From: a bacterium
GTDB lineage: Bacteria; Zhuqueibacterota; Zhuqueibacteria; Oceanimicrobiales; Oceanimicrobiaceae
Assembly (NCBI GenBank): GCA_046757165.1
Contig: JBHHXT010000037.1
Location: 1-33,320 of the forward strand
Reading direction: 5' to 3'
Length of the DNA stretch: 33,320 nt
Positions 8,743 through 18,670 of this stretch are shown in pieces. Within the stretch, counting starts at the first letter, position 1, and every line of letters starts with the position of its first letter. The notes below the pieces were generated by a model, which saw only the letters and a program-made list of their open reading frames with translations, made no database searches and was not told the origin of the DNA. The translations under genes and the position numbers were made by a program.

Positions 8743-10803
8743 ATGCGTTCACAAAACACCCACCTTTTACTTCTTGCAACTGCGTTTCTTTTCGCCTGCA
8801 TCTTGCCGGACAGGTCGTTCTCGCAGCGCGATAATGGCAGTGCGCCGCTCAGCCCGAGACTCGCAAACTACGAGATGGAGGTCAAACTGGATGTGGACAA
8901 GCGGTTGCTCGACGGCACCGAAGTCCTGACCTGGAAGAACAACACCTCTCACCCAACTTCGGAGCTGCAATTCCACCTTTATTACAACGCCTGGCTCAAT
9001 GAACAGAGCTCCATGTTTAGATCGGTGCGGGCGCGTCGGTTCAAAGAAAAGTTGTCAGACTATCGTGAAAATGACTGGGCTTATGCTGATGTGCAGGCGA
9101 TCGAGATTCTGCCGGGGAGCGGCCGGGATGCAGCAGACCTCACAGGCAGCATGGAGTTCATCCAACCCGATGATGGCAACGAGCACGACCGTACGGTCCT
9201 TCGTGTCACCCTGCCCGGGCCGGTCGGGCCTGGCGAAACCATCCGCGTGCGAATTCAATGGCAGTCAAAGGTCCCGCGCGCCTTTGCTCGCACCGGCGTT
9301 CGCGGCGACTACTTCTTTCTGGCGCAGTGGTTTCCCAAGGTCGGCGTCTTTGAGCAAAATGGCCAGTGGAATTGCCACCAATTCATTCAGACCGAGTTTT
9401 ACGCCGACTTTGGCGTCTACGACGTGAAGATGACGGTCCCGGCAGGCTGGATTCTCGGCGCGACCGGCAAGGAGATCGAGAAAACAGACAATGGCGATGG
9501 CATGACCACGCACCGCTACTTCCAGGAGGATGTGCACGATTTTGCCTGGGTGACCACGCCGCACTTTCAGGTTCACAACGAAACGTTCGAAGAACCCGGC
9601 CTGCCGAAGGTCGACATGCGGCTGCTGCTGATGCCGGACCATGTGAGCAAACGGGATCGCTACTTCGCGGCCACAAGAGCAGCCCTCAAAACCTACGGCA
9701 CCTGGTGGGGCGCCTACCCCTACGACCACATTACCGTGGTGGACCCGGCGTATCGCTCCGGCTCAGGCGGCATGGAATATCCGACATTTTTTACCGGCGG
9801 GACCCGTTGGCTTTCACCGATCGAGCTGCGCTCACCGGAGGGCGTCACGGTGCACGAGGCCGGCCACCAATTCTGGTACGGCATCATGGCCAACAATGAG
9901 TTCGAGCATGCCTGGTTAGACGAAGGCTTCAACACCTTCTCGACCACCCGCACGATGGAGCAGTCCTATCCCAACCCCGTCCTGGCAAAACGGTATTTCG
10001 AACGCTTCATTCCGGTTGTTTTTTCAAGTGTCCCGGTCGCGGAACGCACGCAGGCGGCGGTTCGCTACGACGGCTTCCGCTCTGATTTGAAGCTGGACAA
10101 AATGTCGACGCTTTCGTGGCTCTACGGTCCCGGCTCTTATGGTCTGAACTCCTACGGCAAGCCGGCCATGATGCTGCGAACGCTGGAAAACTACCTCGGT
10201 TGGGAAACCTTTCAAAAGGTCATGTCCACTTATTTTGAGCGCTGGAAGTTTCGCCATCCGAAGCCGCAGGATTTCTTTGCCATCGTCAATGAGGTCAGCG
10301 GGCAGGACATGTCCTGGTTTTTTGAGCAGACCTACAACAGTTCCAACATCTTCGACTACGCGGTCAGTTTGGTTCAGTCGACGCCAATCACGACGCCAAA
10401 AGGGTATATCGACAAAGCCGGTGAGCTAACCTTTCAGGATGGCGAGCAAGTCGAGGAGGATGACAATGAAACAGACACACAGCGGCAATTCCACTCCACC
10501 GTGTTTGTGCGCCGCTGGGGCGAGGCGACGTTTCCTGTGCAAGTCAAAGTGACGTTTGGCACTGGCGATGAAGTTCTTGAAACCTGGGACGGCAAAGCCC
10601 GCTGGGCGCGTTTTGAGTATCCCCAAACTGCCAGAGTCACCCGGGTCGAAGTGGACCCGGAACACAAGCTGGTATTGGACGTGAACACCAGCAACAACTC
10701 CTGGATACGCAAATCCAAAGCAAACATCGCGGCCACAAAATGGGCCTCCAAGTGGATGATCTGGCTGCAAAACCTCATGGAGTTTCTTGCGCTCTTGTCA
10801 TGA
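8743..10803 (+). CDS. Secreted M1 family zinc metallopeptidase
   Basis: Signal peptide; AQWFPK, DVHDFAW, GGMEYP, HEAGHQFW...WLDEG, YGK motifs; GGAGG RBS before ATG 8743. Confidence 0.93.
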   Translation: MRSQNTHLLLLATAFLFACILPDRSFSQRDNGSAPLSPRLANYEMEVKLDVDKRLLDGTEVLTWKNNTSHPTSELQFHLYYNAWLNEQSSMFRSVRARRFKEKLSDYRENDWAYADVQAIEILPGSGRDAADLTGSMEFIQPDDGNEHDRTVLRVTLPGPVGPGETIRVRIQWQSKVPRAFARTGVRGDYFFLAQWFPKVGVFEQNGQWNCHQFIQTEFYADFGVYDVKMTVPAGWILGATGKEIEKTDNGDGMTTHRYFQEDVHDFAWVTTPHFQVHNETFEEPGLPKVDMRLLLMPDHVSKRDRYFAATRAALKTYGTWWGAYPYDHITVVDPAYRSGSGGMEYPTFFTGGTRWLSPIELRSPEGVTVHEAGHQFWYGIMANNEFEHAWLDEGFNTFSTTRTMEQSYPNPVLAKRYFERFIPVVFSSVPVAERTQAAVRYDGFRSDLKLDKMSTLSWLYGPGSYGLNSYGKPAMMLRTLENYLGWETFQKVMSTYFERWKFRHPKPQDFFAIVNEVSGQDMSWFFEQTYNSSNIFDYAVSLVQSTPITTPKGYIDKAGELTFQDGEQVEEDDNETDTQRQFHSTVFVRRWGEATFPVQVKVTFGTGDEVLETWDGKARWARFEYPQTARVTRVEVDPEHKLVLDVNTSNNSWIRKSKANIAATKWASKWMIWLQNLMEFLALLS

Positions 10804-10859
10804 ACTTCGCGGTTCGTAACTTTTGGAGTTGAATCAAACATCAGGAGAGAGGAAAGAAA

Positions 10860-11801
10860 ATGAAGATTCTCGACGTCTTATCAACCGGGCTTCGCCGTGT
10901 CAACAGCTCGAAGAGATACATTTTCGTAGTTTATGGCGTCAATTTGCTGCTGGCGCTTGTCCTGGGTGGGGCGCTGGCGGTATCGCTGGCGGGGTCGATT
11001 GGCAACAGTGTGGCAGGAGAAAAGCTGCTGCAGAGCTTCGACGAGCTCTGGTACCCCAACTTCGCCGCGCAGGCAAAAGGGGTGGCGCGGACATTCGATC
11101 CCAGCGTGGTCGGCATCGGAGCGGTGTTCAACGGACTCGATACCTTGCTCCAGGGCAACTTCTTTGATACCTCCCCGGCCGTGGCCGGAGTCGGTCTTTT
11201 CTATTTGCTCTTGTGGACCTTCTTTTCTGCCGGGTTTGTTTCGCTTTATGCCGCCGGCAGCGAGCGACCGTCATTTCTTCACCAGGCGGCGCATTTCTTC
11301 CCACGCTTTCTGATTCTCGGCCTCATGGCCGGCGTGCTCTATTTCCTGCTGTTTAAGTTCGTCCTGGGTTGGCTGACCAAGGCCGTCGATGAGCTGACGC
11401 GTGAAACCATCGACGAGAGAGTTCATTTTACCTACACCGTGCTCAAATACCTCATCCTCTGGTTCGGTATTTTGAGCGTCAATATTCTGCTGGACTACAG
11501 CAAGATTTTCACGGTCCTGAAGAATCACAAGAATGCGTTCACCGCGCCACTGGGCGCGATGAAAGTCGTCTTTGGCAATTTCTTGAAAACCTATGGCTTA
11601 TACATGACACTCGGCCTGCTGTGGGTTGCGCTCCTGTCCGTTTGCTGGCTCATCGCTCCCGGTGCGGGTCAATCCTCCTGGCTGATGATTTTTGCGGCGT
11701 TCCTGGTCGGACAGCTCTATGTCCTCAGCCGGATCTGGACCCGCTGCCTGTTCTATGCCGGACAAACGACTCTGTGTTCCGCTTTGACGGCCAGCGAGTG
11801 A
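10860..11801 (+). CDS. Multi-pass membrane protein, hypothetical
   Basis: 313 aa with about 6 hydrophobic segments; RBS; directly behind the M1 peptidase. Confidence 0.85.
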   Translation: MKILDVLSTGLRRVNSSKRYIFVVYGVNLLLALVLGGALAVSLAGSIGNSVAGEKLLQSFDELWYPNFAAQAKGVARTFDPSVVGIGAVFNGLDTLLQGNFFDTSPAVAGVGLFYLLLWTFFSAGFVSLYAAGSERPSFLHQAAHFFPRFLILGLMAGVLYFLLFKFVLGWLTKAVDELTRETIDERVHFTYTVLKYLILWFGILSVNILLDYSKIFTVLKNHKNAFTAPLGAMKVVFGNFLKTYGLYMTLGLLWVALLSVCWLIAPGAGQSSWLMIFAAFLVGQLYVLSRIWTRCLFYAGQTTLCSALTASE

Positions 11802-11890
11802 AACATTTGTCATGCGGGGCAGGTAGATTATGGCCTGATGTCTTTGCCTGGAACTTTTTTGATAGTTGCGGAGATAAGGCTGCAAATGAA

Positions 11891-12030
11891 TGGAACGCGG
11901 ATTTAGACGGATCTGATTTTGGGTGAGGCCCAAAGAATCATGAGCCGCCGGCCGCCGTTCCACTGGCTTTTACACATTACGTGAATCATGATTAAGTCCG
12001 ATCCGTTAAATCCGTCTTATCCGTGTTCCA
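11891..12030. repeat. Long imperfect palindrome of CGGAT/ATCCG units
   Basis: TGGAACGCGGATTTAGACGGAT ... ATCCGTTAAATCCGTCTTATCCGTGTTCCA. Confidence 0.7.
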
Positions 12031-12234
12031 TCTTTTTTGATAGTTGGTTTTCGTCGCGATCGTTCAAGACGTTTTTGGCACTATTCTTAAGTTCTGGGAA
12101 AAAGACAACGTAGGATTCAAGCGCTTACAAAAACGGTCGATAATTAGCACCTGTTTTGATTGTTTGGAAATTTTAGGCTGATAGATTCGGTTCCTGTAGT
12201 GTGAAGTTCGTAGAAATATTGGAAGAGTCGGTCA

Positions 12235-12582
12235 ATGAAGAAATTCGGACAGAGCCTGGATAAGATTGTTGCCGGTGCGGACCAACTGAAACAACTGCGC
12301 AAGCAGGACCTGCAGGTTGGCGATCTCGTCATCATCACGACGCGGAATTCTGAGTATCGCATCCGGACGCTGGAGGACGGGTTTTATCAAGTCTCCGGCG
12401 GATGGTTCGTCCGCCAGGGAATGTCGCCGATCAAGCTCAAGATCGCCGGCTGTACCTGGGGCGGCAGCATCATCAAGGCGGACGTCGTCGCAGCGTGTGG
12501 CCTCTGTCTGGAGTTCGGCAACCGTTTGATCACCAGCCCCATCAAGAAGTTCTGGGTCGTCCCGTATAGTGCGCATAATTAA
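12235..12582 (+). CDS. Small hypothetical protein (115 aa)
   Basis: Protein-like composition; beta-rich TTRNSEY...GG.F...GCTWGGS..K...LEFG.RL.TSPI. Confidence 0.8.
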   Translation: MKKFGQSLDKIVAGADQLKQLRKQDLQVGDLVIITTRNSEYRIRTLEDGFYQVSGGWFVRQGMSPIKLKIAGCTWGGSIIKADVVAACGLCLEFGNRLITSPIKKFWVVPYSAHN

Positions 12583-12595
12583 GTGTACAGGAATT

Positions 12596-12671
12596 CTAAG
12601 CCGGACAAGCCCCGCAGAAGGCGCGGGATTTGACAACCGGAAATTCTAAATCCTATACTCCAAATTCGAAG
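12596..12671 (+). repeat. Dispersed ~75-bp repeat, copy 2
   Basis: Direct-orientation match to 4486-4558. Confidence 0.85.
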
Positions 12672-12842
12672 AAAAAACTTGGCCTGCAAAAAGTCTTGCC
12701 AAAAAGTGGCAGAGGATAACTCGTCAGGCACTTAATACGATTACGTATTTAACCTCACCCAAAGACCGCCGAGCTTGTTTTTGACCTTCGTTTCTCTGCG
12801 GACTTTGCGGCTTTGCCTGGATGTTCCCCAAAAGTTCATCTG

Positions 12843-12910
12843 GTTCCCACGCTCCGCGTGGCGAACCAGTATTTGACGCTCCGCGTCGAGTCACGGGACG
12901 CAGAGCACCC
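12843..12910 (+). repeat. Partial REP-like element (GTTCCCACGCTCCGCGTGG / GACGCTCCGCGTC family)
   Basis: Two nested small palindromes followed by GACGCAGAGC. Confidence 0.65.
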
Positions 12911-13079
12911 TTACTTTGAGGGCTCCCATGCGGGTGTGCAGGGTTTTGTCTTTGAAGCCGTTAGCGTGGCCGGTGCGCTCATCGGTCCGTTTGTATGGAG
13001 CCGCCTTGCGAGCTTCAAGTCCGCTCAATCTTAGCAGCTTCGTTCAAAAGCGCTTGCAAGACGGCAGGCATGCCTTCGA

Positions 13080-13244
13080 ATGGCACTCTTGAATGGATTC
13101 AAATTGATTTGGTGTCCAATCTACCAGGGCATGGCTGACGCCGGCGTTGAGATCGGTTCGTGCATATTCGAGCCCAGTTGTTCAGAGTATGCCATTCAGG
13201 CGCTCAAAAAATATCCGCTGTCGCAGGCTGTTAGAGCGGCGTAA
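13080..13244 (+). pseudogene. yidD: Truncated YidD-like (membrane protein insertion efficiency factor) ORF, 54 aa, absent from ORF track
   Basis: Reads MALLNGFKLIWCPIYQGMADAGVEIGSCIFEPSCSEYAIQALKKYPLSQAVRAA*; C.F.PSCSEYA..AL.KY motif present, C-terminal RC.P...G.DP missing. Confidence 0.65.
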
Positions 13245-13581
13245 TGGGGTGAGTTTTTTGAGTCAAGGAGATTCCTTTTGCCGGCTTCAGCTTCGCCCTC
13301 GAGGATTCTTTCAAGAAAAAGCAATCTTTCGAAAACATCGGAAATCGTACAGTCGTCCGGCAATTGCTCTTTGGTTTTGATGGCTTTCTCTCTTAACGGT
13401 TGACATTTTGCCTCTTTCTTTTCGTTCACTTCAAATATAGAATCAACGAGCAAAATTGCAAGGAAAGCTTGAGCGATTGCCTCGATGTTCCCCAAAAGTT
13501 CTCTTTGTACTTAATGTAAGTTGCAGATAATAAATATGTTTATGCTTTTGATGTTCTATGAAAAGTCAAAAAAATAGAAAT

Positions 13582-13658
13582 AGTGATCCTACACAGTTTG
13601 CAACTGTGTATACCTCCCGGATTTGTGCGTAAAACACGGTTGCAAACCGTGTTGGATC
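13582..13658. repeat. REP-like element, full copy
   Basis: GATCCTACACAGTTTGCAACTGTGT ... ACACGGTTGCAAACCGTGTTGGATC. Confidence 0.85.
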
Positions 13659-13690
13659 GGACTTGAATGAAATAGGTTCACATCAAACGC

Positions 13691-13732
13691 AAAAAAAAAA
13701 CAGATACCACCACGCCTGCATGATGGTATCTG
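13691..13732 (-). terminator. Intrinsic terminator of the S8 protease gene
   Basis: CAGATACCA/TGGTATCTG stem followed by 10 T on the minus strand. Confidence 0.85.
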
Positions 13733-13772
13733 TCTGAATCGGCTGCTCAGAAACGAATGTCTTAATTAAGGT

Positions 13773-15644
13773 CTATTTTGCAAACGTTGTCGCCGAAGCT
13801 TCATTGCTAAAAGCAGACTCATTCCCCTGGCCGTCCACGGCCGTCACCACGTAGAAGAAGGTCACGGGGACCTGTAGTTTCTTGTCGGTATATTTTGTTT
13901 TCTTGATCCCTGAGTCGACAAGAGTATACGGTCCGCCAGCGGTCGTGGAGCGGTAAACGCTGTATCGGACGTTGGGCGTGGTGCTGGCATCCCATGTCAG
14001 ATCGATGTCGTCCCGGTCAGCGCTTGCGGCGAGGTTCGTTGGCGGTCCAACCACAACCGGGGCATTGACGGTAATCACCACATTATCGCTGCCGGTCAAG
14101 CCATCATTGTCGGTCACCGTCAGGGTGACGTTGTGCGTGCCGACATTGAAATTCGAGGTGATCACGGCGGTGTTCCCCAAAACGGTGGCCCCTTCCGTCC
14201 ACTGGTAGGCGACGATGACGCCGTCCGGGTCGAAGGATGCGGAGCCGTCAAGGGTGAGGGTCTCGAAGCCATTGCCATCGCTATCGGTGACAGTTTGATC
14301 CGGGCCCGCATTGGCGATGGGCGCTTGCGGCGCACCCAGTGCATTCGCGGCGTTCAACCGACCGCCTGTAACGGTCACGCCGTTCAACGACGCGACGGGA
14401 TCCACTGAGGCGAGAATCTGGTTCTTCACCTGCACCGGAGTCAGGCCGGGCGACTGGCTCAGGATGAGCGCTGCAACGCCCGTGACATGGGGCGTTGCCA
14501 TGGAAGTCCCGCTGAAGAGGCTGTAGGTGTTCAAGGGGGTGGTGCTCAAAATGCTGACGCCCGGGCCACCCAGATCGACGCTTGTCGCCCCGAAGTTGGA
14601 GAAGCCAGCCATCAGGTCGTCGTGGTCTGTCGCGGCGACGGCGATGAGATTGGCAGAGGTATAGCTCGACGGATAATGCGGCGAAGCATCGTTATCCAGC
14701 CCGCTGTTTCCGGCTGCGGCGCAGAAGACCGCCCCGCTGGCATCGATGGCGTTCTTGAGCGCCTGGCTGAAACCCCCGCCGCCCCAGCTTGCATTGATCA
14801 CCCGCACGCTCTTGTTGGTGGCATACTCGATAGCCAGGATGGCATCTGCTGTTGTGCCGCCGCCTGGTCCCAGGAATTTCAGCGGCATGATAGTCGCCTG
14901 CCAGTTCACCCCGGCGACCCCGATGCCGTTATTGCCAACAGCAGCGATGGTGCCTGAAACATGCGTGCCGTGGTCATCATTGAGAGGGTCGTCGAATACC
15001 GTGTTGTCGTTGTTGAAGAAATCCCAGCCATGGATGTCATCGATGTAACCGTTGCCGTCGTTATCGATGCCATCGTTGGGAATTTCGCCCGGATTGGTCC
15101 AGATGTTTGCGGCCAGGTCTTCATGGTTGATATCCGTACCGGTATCGATCACGCTGACCAATACCGTCGCAGACCCGGTGCTGATATTCCAGGCTTCCGG
15201 AGCGTCGATGTCAGCATCGGCTGTGCCACCGGTTTGGCCGGTATTGTTTAGACCCCACAACTCACCGAACCTGGGATCATTTGGCAAGAGATCTGCGTAC
15301 AGGGGATAATCCGGTTCAATGAAAGCAACATTCGGATCCAATTCCAGTTTTCTGAGGGATGCCGGTGTGAGCTCTGCCGCAACCGCGGGAATGAGTTTGT
15401 ACCGACTGTTTACGGCACCTCCGAGCTGTTCAAGCTTTTCCAGCTCTGCCTGTCCTGGATGCGTGTAGTAGCCAATGATGACTTTGCCACCCGTTTCCTC
15501 GACTGCTTTTGCGAGGACTCTGCCCGCCAGCTTTTCTTGCTGTTGCGCTTCTTGTCCGGGTTCAACCGGGCTTCTGGCGTTCTGACAACTCACCAACAGA
15601 CCAGCCAACAGCAAGACGCCTCCTAAACTAACCTTTTGCTTCAT
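13773..15644 (-). CDS. S8 subtilisin-like serine protease lipoprotein with I9 prodomain, PKD/Ig and FN3-like domains
   Basis: Lipobox LVS-C; IDTG, HGTHVSG, AAGN, GTSMATPHV triad motifs; ANAGPDQ...TLTVTD; PTNL...LTW...YYVVTAVD-like. Confidence 0.95.
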   Translation of the reverse strand: MKQKVSLGGVLLLAGLLVSCQNARSPVEPGQEAQQQEKLAGRVLAKAVEETGGKVIIGYYTHPGQAELEKLEQLGGAVNSRYKLIPAVAAELTPASLRKLELDPNVAFIEPDYPLYADLLPNDPRFGELWGLNNTGQTGGTADADIDAPEAWNISTGSATVLVSVIDTGTDINHEDLAANIWTNPGEIPNDGIDNDGNGYIDDIHGWDFFNNDNTVFDDPLNDDHGTHVSGTIAAVGNNGIGVAGVNWQATIMPLKFLGPGGGTTADAILAIEYATNKSVRVINASWGGGGFSQALKNAIDASGAVFCAAAGNSGLDNDASPHYPSSYTSANLIAVAATDHDDLMAGFSNFGATSVDLGGPGVSILSTTPLNTYSLFSGTSMATPHVTGVAALILSQSPGLTPVQVKNQILASVDPVASLNGVTVTGGRLNAANALGAPQAPIANAGPDQTVTDSDGNGFETLTLDGSASFDPDGVIVAYQWTEGATVLGNTAVITSNFNVGTHNVTLTVTDNDGLTGSDNVVITVNAPVVVGPPTNLAASADRDDIDLTWDASTTPNVRYSVYRSTTAGGPYTLVDSGIKKTKYTDKKLQVPVTFFYVVTAVDGQGNESAFSNEASATTFAK

Positions 15645-15731
15645 AATGCTTCCTCCTCAATTAATGAGTTTAGTTGTTAAGACCACGCGACAATTGATTA
15701 TGGTTGGACTTCAGATAAGCTCACATTAAAC

Positions 15732-15746
15732 GCAAACACCCTGCCA
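15732..15746 (-). promoter_or_regulatory. Sigma54 -24/-12 promoter of the S8 protease
   Basis: TGGCAG-GGTGT-TTGC (GG-N10-GC) on the minus strand. Confidence 0.75.
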
Positions 15747-15857
15747 AAAGTCCCTGGTGACCGACGGCAAACCTGGATGCAGCGTAACTTTTTGATAAGG
15801 TGAAACTTAAGAGAGTTATTGAAGCTCGTTCGATGCCAGGAGCCGCAAAACGTGGTA

Positions 15858-15872
15858 GTAACGAAATATTAC
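15858..15872. promoter_or_regulatory. Putative enhancer (UAS)
   Basis: GTAAC-GAAAT-ATTAC, ~110 bp upstream of -24. Confidence 0.65.
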
Positions 15873-16026
15873 ACGGAATGAAGAGAGACGTGTTTGCGAA
15901 GGTTCGAGAGCCTAGAGAGGCAAGATAAAAACAACTCTGATCCACACTATCAAAGCCGTGGATCAGAGTTCGTAGAATCGCAGCGTAGAATCGCGCTGTG
16001 ATGGGGGGTTCGAAATAGCATGGATG

Positions 16027-16899
16027 CTAGAAACACGGATGACCGACCGGCACCTGCAGGAGCGGGGCTTCCAGCTTGGGATACTTGGTGAAATCCGACG
16101 GTCTGGCCGTGCTCGGACCGTGCTGCACAAACCCGCCGACGCCGCCGGTGGTAATCCAGTCTTCCTCGGACCAACCATTTTCACAGGTGGTCGTGGCAAT
16201 ATTTTGCATATCCAACTGGGAGTCCATAAACATGAACGTGCCGGCAGGAATGACTCTGGGTGTCCCCGGGGCAAACTTCAGGATGTAGCGAATCCCCCAT
16301 CTGGGTTCTGTGACGGGTGTCGATCCATTGTTCGGATCCCAATCGCCGCTGTCGATAAATAAGCTGGCAGTTAAGGAAAGACCCGGAACGGGCAGACCAT
16401 CGGGTCCCTGGGTCACGACAAAGTCCCCTGGAACCGGCAGTCCCGGCAGGAAGTCATCATGAAAGACGCCTCTGAAGACCGTGGGTCTGTACGAGTTGGT
16501 TGCCGGGTCGAAGGGGCCCCAATGAAACGTAGCTATCTGTCCGTTCCAATTAGGATCGGGAGCAAAATCTGCGGTGAAATCATAGATTGCCCGATTGACT
16601 AACCGGAAAACATCACCCACTTCGGGAGCTCCCTCCCAGGTGAAGACGCCATCGCCGTTCACATCCGAGTAGCGCCAAAGAATGGTTACGCGTTTGGTGG
16701 CAACCGGATTGCCCGCGCGGTCGGTGATAGCAAGGCCGTCGATTTTGATTTTGCCTTTCTTGAGTTTGACTTTTTTCGCCAGTGAGGTCGTGTCATCTTT
16801 ACTGGCAATGGGCTCGGCCGGATTGTCACTGTTACATCCAATGACGAACAACAGGGCCATCATGACACCTGCAATAATGCAAAACGTGGTGACTCTCAT
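16027..16899 (-). CDS. Hypothetical lipoprotein
   Basis: 290 aa; lipobox VIG-C; AAGGAG RBS; SLAKK after the linker. Confidence 0.85.
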   Translation of the reverse strand: MRVTTFCIIAGVMMALLFVIGCNSDNPAEPIASKDDTTSLAKKVKLKKGKIKIDGLAITDRAGNPVATKRVTILWRYSDVNGDGVFTWEGAPEVGDVFRLVNRAIYDFTADFAPDPNWNGQIATFHWGPFDPATNSYRPTVFRGVFHDDFLPGLPVPGDFVVTQGPDGLPVPGLSLTASLFIDSGDWDPNNGSTPVTEPRWGIRYILKFAPGTPRVIPAGTFMFMDSQLDMQNIATTTCENGWSEEDWITTGGVGGFVQHGPSTARPSDFTKYPKLEAPLLQVPVGHPCF

Positions 16900-17018
16900 A
16901 GAACTATCTCCTTATACAATTTATGAAAATTATGGAATGTTCAAAGGCAGCACCGTCTAATTCTGTAGTTTTGTTTCTTTTATTTAGTGGCCACCTTTGT
17001 GTGCTTCGACGTTCTATC

Positions 17019-17033
17019 GCACAAGATGTGCCA
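17019..17033 (-). promoter_or_regulatory. Sigma54 -24/-12 promoter
   Basis: TGGCAC-ATCTT-GTGC on the minus strand. Confidence 0.7.
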
Positions 17034-17122
17034 CATAAACATGTATGCCATTTAACTACTTGATAGAGATAAGCTTAGCTATATTACTTATCTTGAAGTA
17101 ACGAAGGATCGCCAGGCATATA

Positions 17123-17172
17123 GTAACACAACGCTACATCAAAACGATACTTACGTGGTAACGTTTCGTTGC
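17123..17172. promoter_or_regulatory. Tandem putative enhancers (UAS)
   Basis: GTAAC-ACAAC-GCTAC (17123) and GTAAC-GTTTC-GTTGC (17158). Confidence 0.6.
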
Positions 17173-17362
17173 CATTAGTCGGATACATCTCAGCGATCCG
17201 AGCGCAGAAATCTGTCAGGGAAAATAAGCCAGAGCAACAGGTTGGAGGAAGGTCTAGACTGCCAGGGAGGAGTTAGGAGACACTTGACGATTCGGCCCCA
17301 CCTCACCGCTTCCGAACAGGAACAGGTAGGACTGACCAACATAGACCATAAAGGAGCAACCT

Positions 17363-18670
17363 TTATTCAGATAGCTCATCCAGTTCTTGCTTGACCTTTT
17401 GGATTTCTTTTTCTGCCTCGAGTTCGGTAAATAAATCGAGCGCCAGCTCAAACTGCGTTGTCGCCGCTTTCGTGATCCCCTTGATTCTCAGCATTCTTCC
17501 ATATTCAAAATGTGTTTCGGCTTCGCATAGCGGGCTTCGGTATTTGCGAGTGATTTGCAGGCTTTTTTCGAAATAAGATTGAGCAGGCGCCCAGGCCCGC
17601 CTTTCAGCGTCGAGCATGCCCAGGCACTTATAGACTTCAGCCTCACCCAAATGGTCTTCGAGATGGAGATAGGTTTGCAACGCCTGGTGGCACAAGGCTT
17701 CTGCCAATGTCGTGTCGCCGATGGCTATGTAGAGTTTCACCCGATTGAGCTTGACGGTGGCTTCCAGGCGGACGTCCCCGATTTCCTTGGCGACTTGGTA
17801 ACTTCTTTCATAATGCGCGCCCGCTTCCGGCCAGCGACCGGCATCCGCGTAGGTCATGGCCATATTATGATAGGTCTCGGCCAGGCCTCTTCTTTCACCG
17901 ATTTTTTCAAATCGCGGCAGACTTTCACCATAATTCGTCAGCGCTTTCTCCCAATGTCCCTGAACGTTGGCCAGAGCGCCCAGGTTGTTGTAGACTTGCG
18001 CTATGAGTTTGGTCGCATCCAACTGCTCAGCCAATTCCAGACTTTTCTCCCAATGGGACGACGCTTCGGCCAATTCTCCTTGCTCGAAGCAGAGACAAGC
18101 GATGCCGTTGTAGGCATAGGCTTCGCCTTCCTGGTCGCCGGTAGCGTGAGATAGATTCACGCTCTCTTGATAGGATTCTCGTGCATCCTGCCATTGACTC
18201 CGCATCAAGAGGATATGGCCTATCCATCTCAGCGCTTCGGATTTCTCACTGCGATATTGTGGTTGTGAATTACACAGGCGAACGACTTGCCGGTAGGATT
18301 CCAGTGCCTGGTCCCAGGCCCCAAATGTCTCATACGACCGTCCAGCACTGAGATAGACCTGAATTGTCTGCGCCGGGGTCAAGGTTGAAGAAAACGATTT
18401 CACCAGGTGGGCAACGGCCCGTTGAAAATACTCCAGTCTTTTCTGTTGCTCGCTTTCTTCGAAGATGGTCAGAACAAATTTCTGCAACTCTTGCAAAAGA
18501 GAAGGCCATCCTTTATTAGCGGGTTGCGCTCGAGCCAACCAATTACTTAATTGCTCTCCGTGGTTGTTCTCTGGAGATTTGGAAGCTCGTGGGATCTGTT
18601 CTGTATGTTTTTTTGTCACTTTTGGGTTGAGTTTTCTGATTAGAACCCGCCTAGCCCTTGGAAAGCGCAT
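17363..18670 (-). CDS. Cytoplasmic all-TPR protein (TPR_12/MalT-TPR-like); start uncertain (GTG 18619 possible)
   Basis: About 8 repeats of the A..YNNLG......G.W..A...Y..SL type; no signal peptide. Confidence 0.88.
   Translation of the reverse strand: MRFPRARRVLIRKLNPKVTKKHTEQIPRASKSPENNHGEQLSNWLARAQPANKGWPSLLQELQKFVLTIFEESEQQKRLEYFQRAVAHLVKSFSSTLTPAQTIQVYLSAGRSYETFGAWDQALESYRQVVRLCNSQPQYRSEKSEALRWIGHILLMRSQWQDARESYQESVNLSHATGDQEGEAYAYNGIACLCFEQGELAEASSHWEKSLELAEQLDATKLIAQVYNNLGALANVQGHWEKALTNYGESLPRFEKIGERRGLAETYHNMAMTYADAGRWPEAGAHYERSYQVAKEIGDVRLEATVKLNRVKLYIAIGDTTLAEALCHQALQTYLHLEDHLGEAEVYKCLGMLDAERRAWAPAQSYFEKSLQITRKYRSPLCEAETHFEYGRMLRIKGITKAATTQFELALDLFTELEAEKEIQKVKQELDELSE

Larger units (their letters stand above)
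12813..13501 (+). repeat. Pair of 25-bp direct repeats (12813-12837 and 13477-13501)
   Basis: TTGCCT(G/C)GATGTTCCCCAAAAGTTC, 24/25 identical. Confidence 0.85.

Noticed and set aside
12076..12090. Fourth sigma54 promoter TGGCACTATTCTTAA
   Set aside because: Lacks the -12 GC and has no GTAAC-N5-RTTAC site upstream
13196..13495. 99-aa minus-strand ORF as a real gene
   Set aside because: TTG start inside a repeat, no RBS or family motif, overlaps the yidD remnant; may be a fragment
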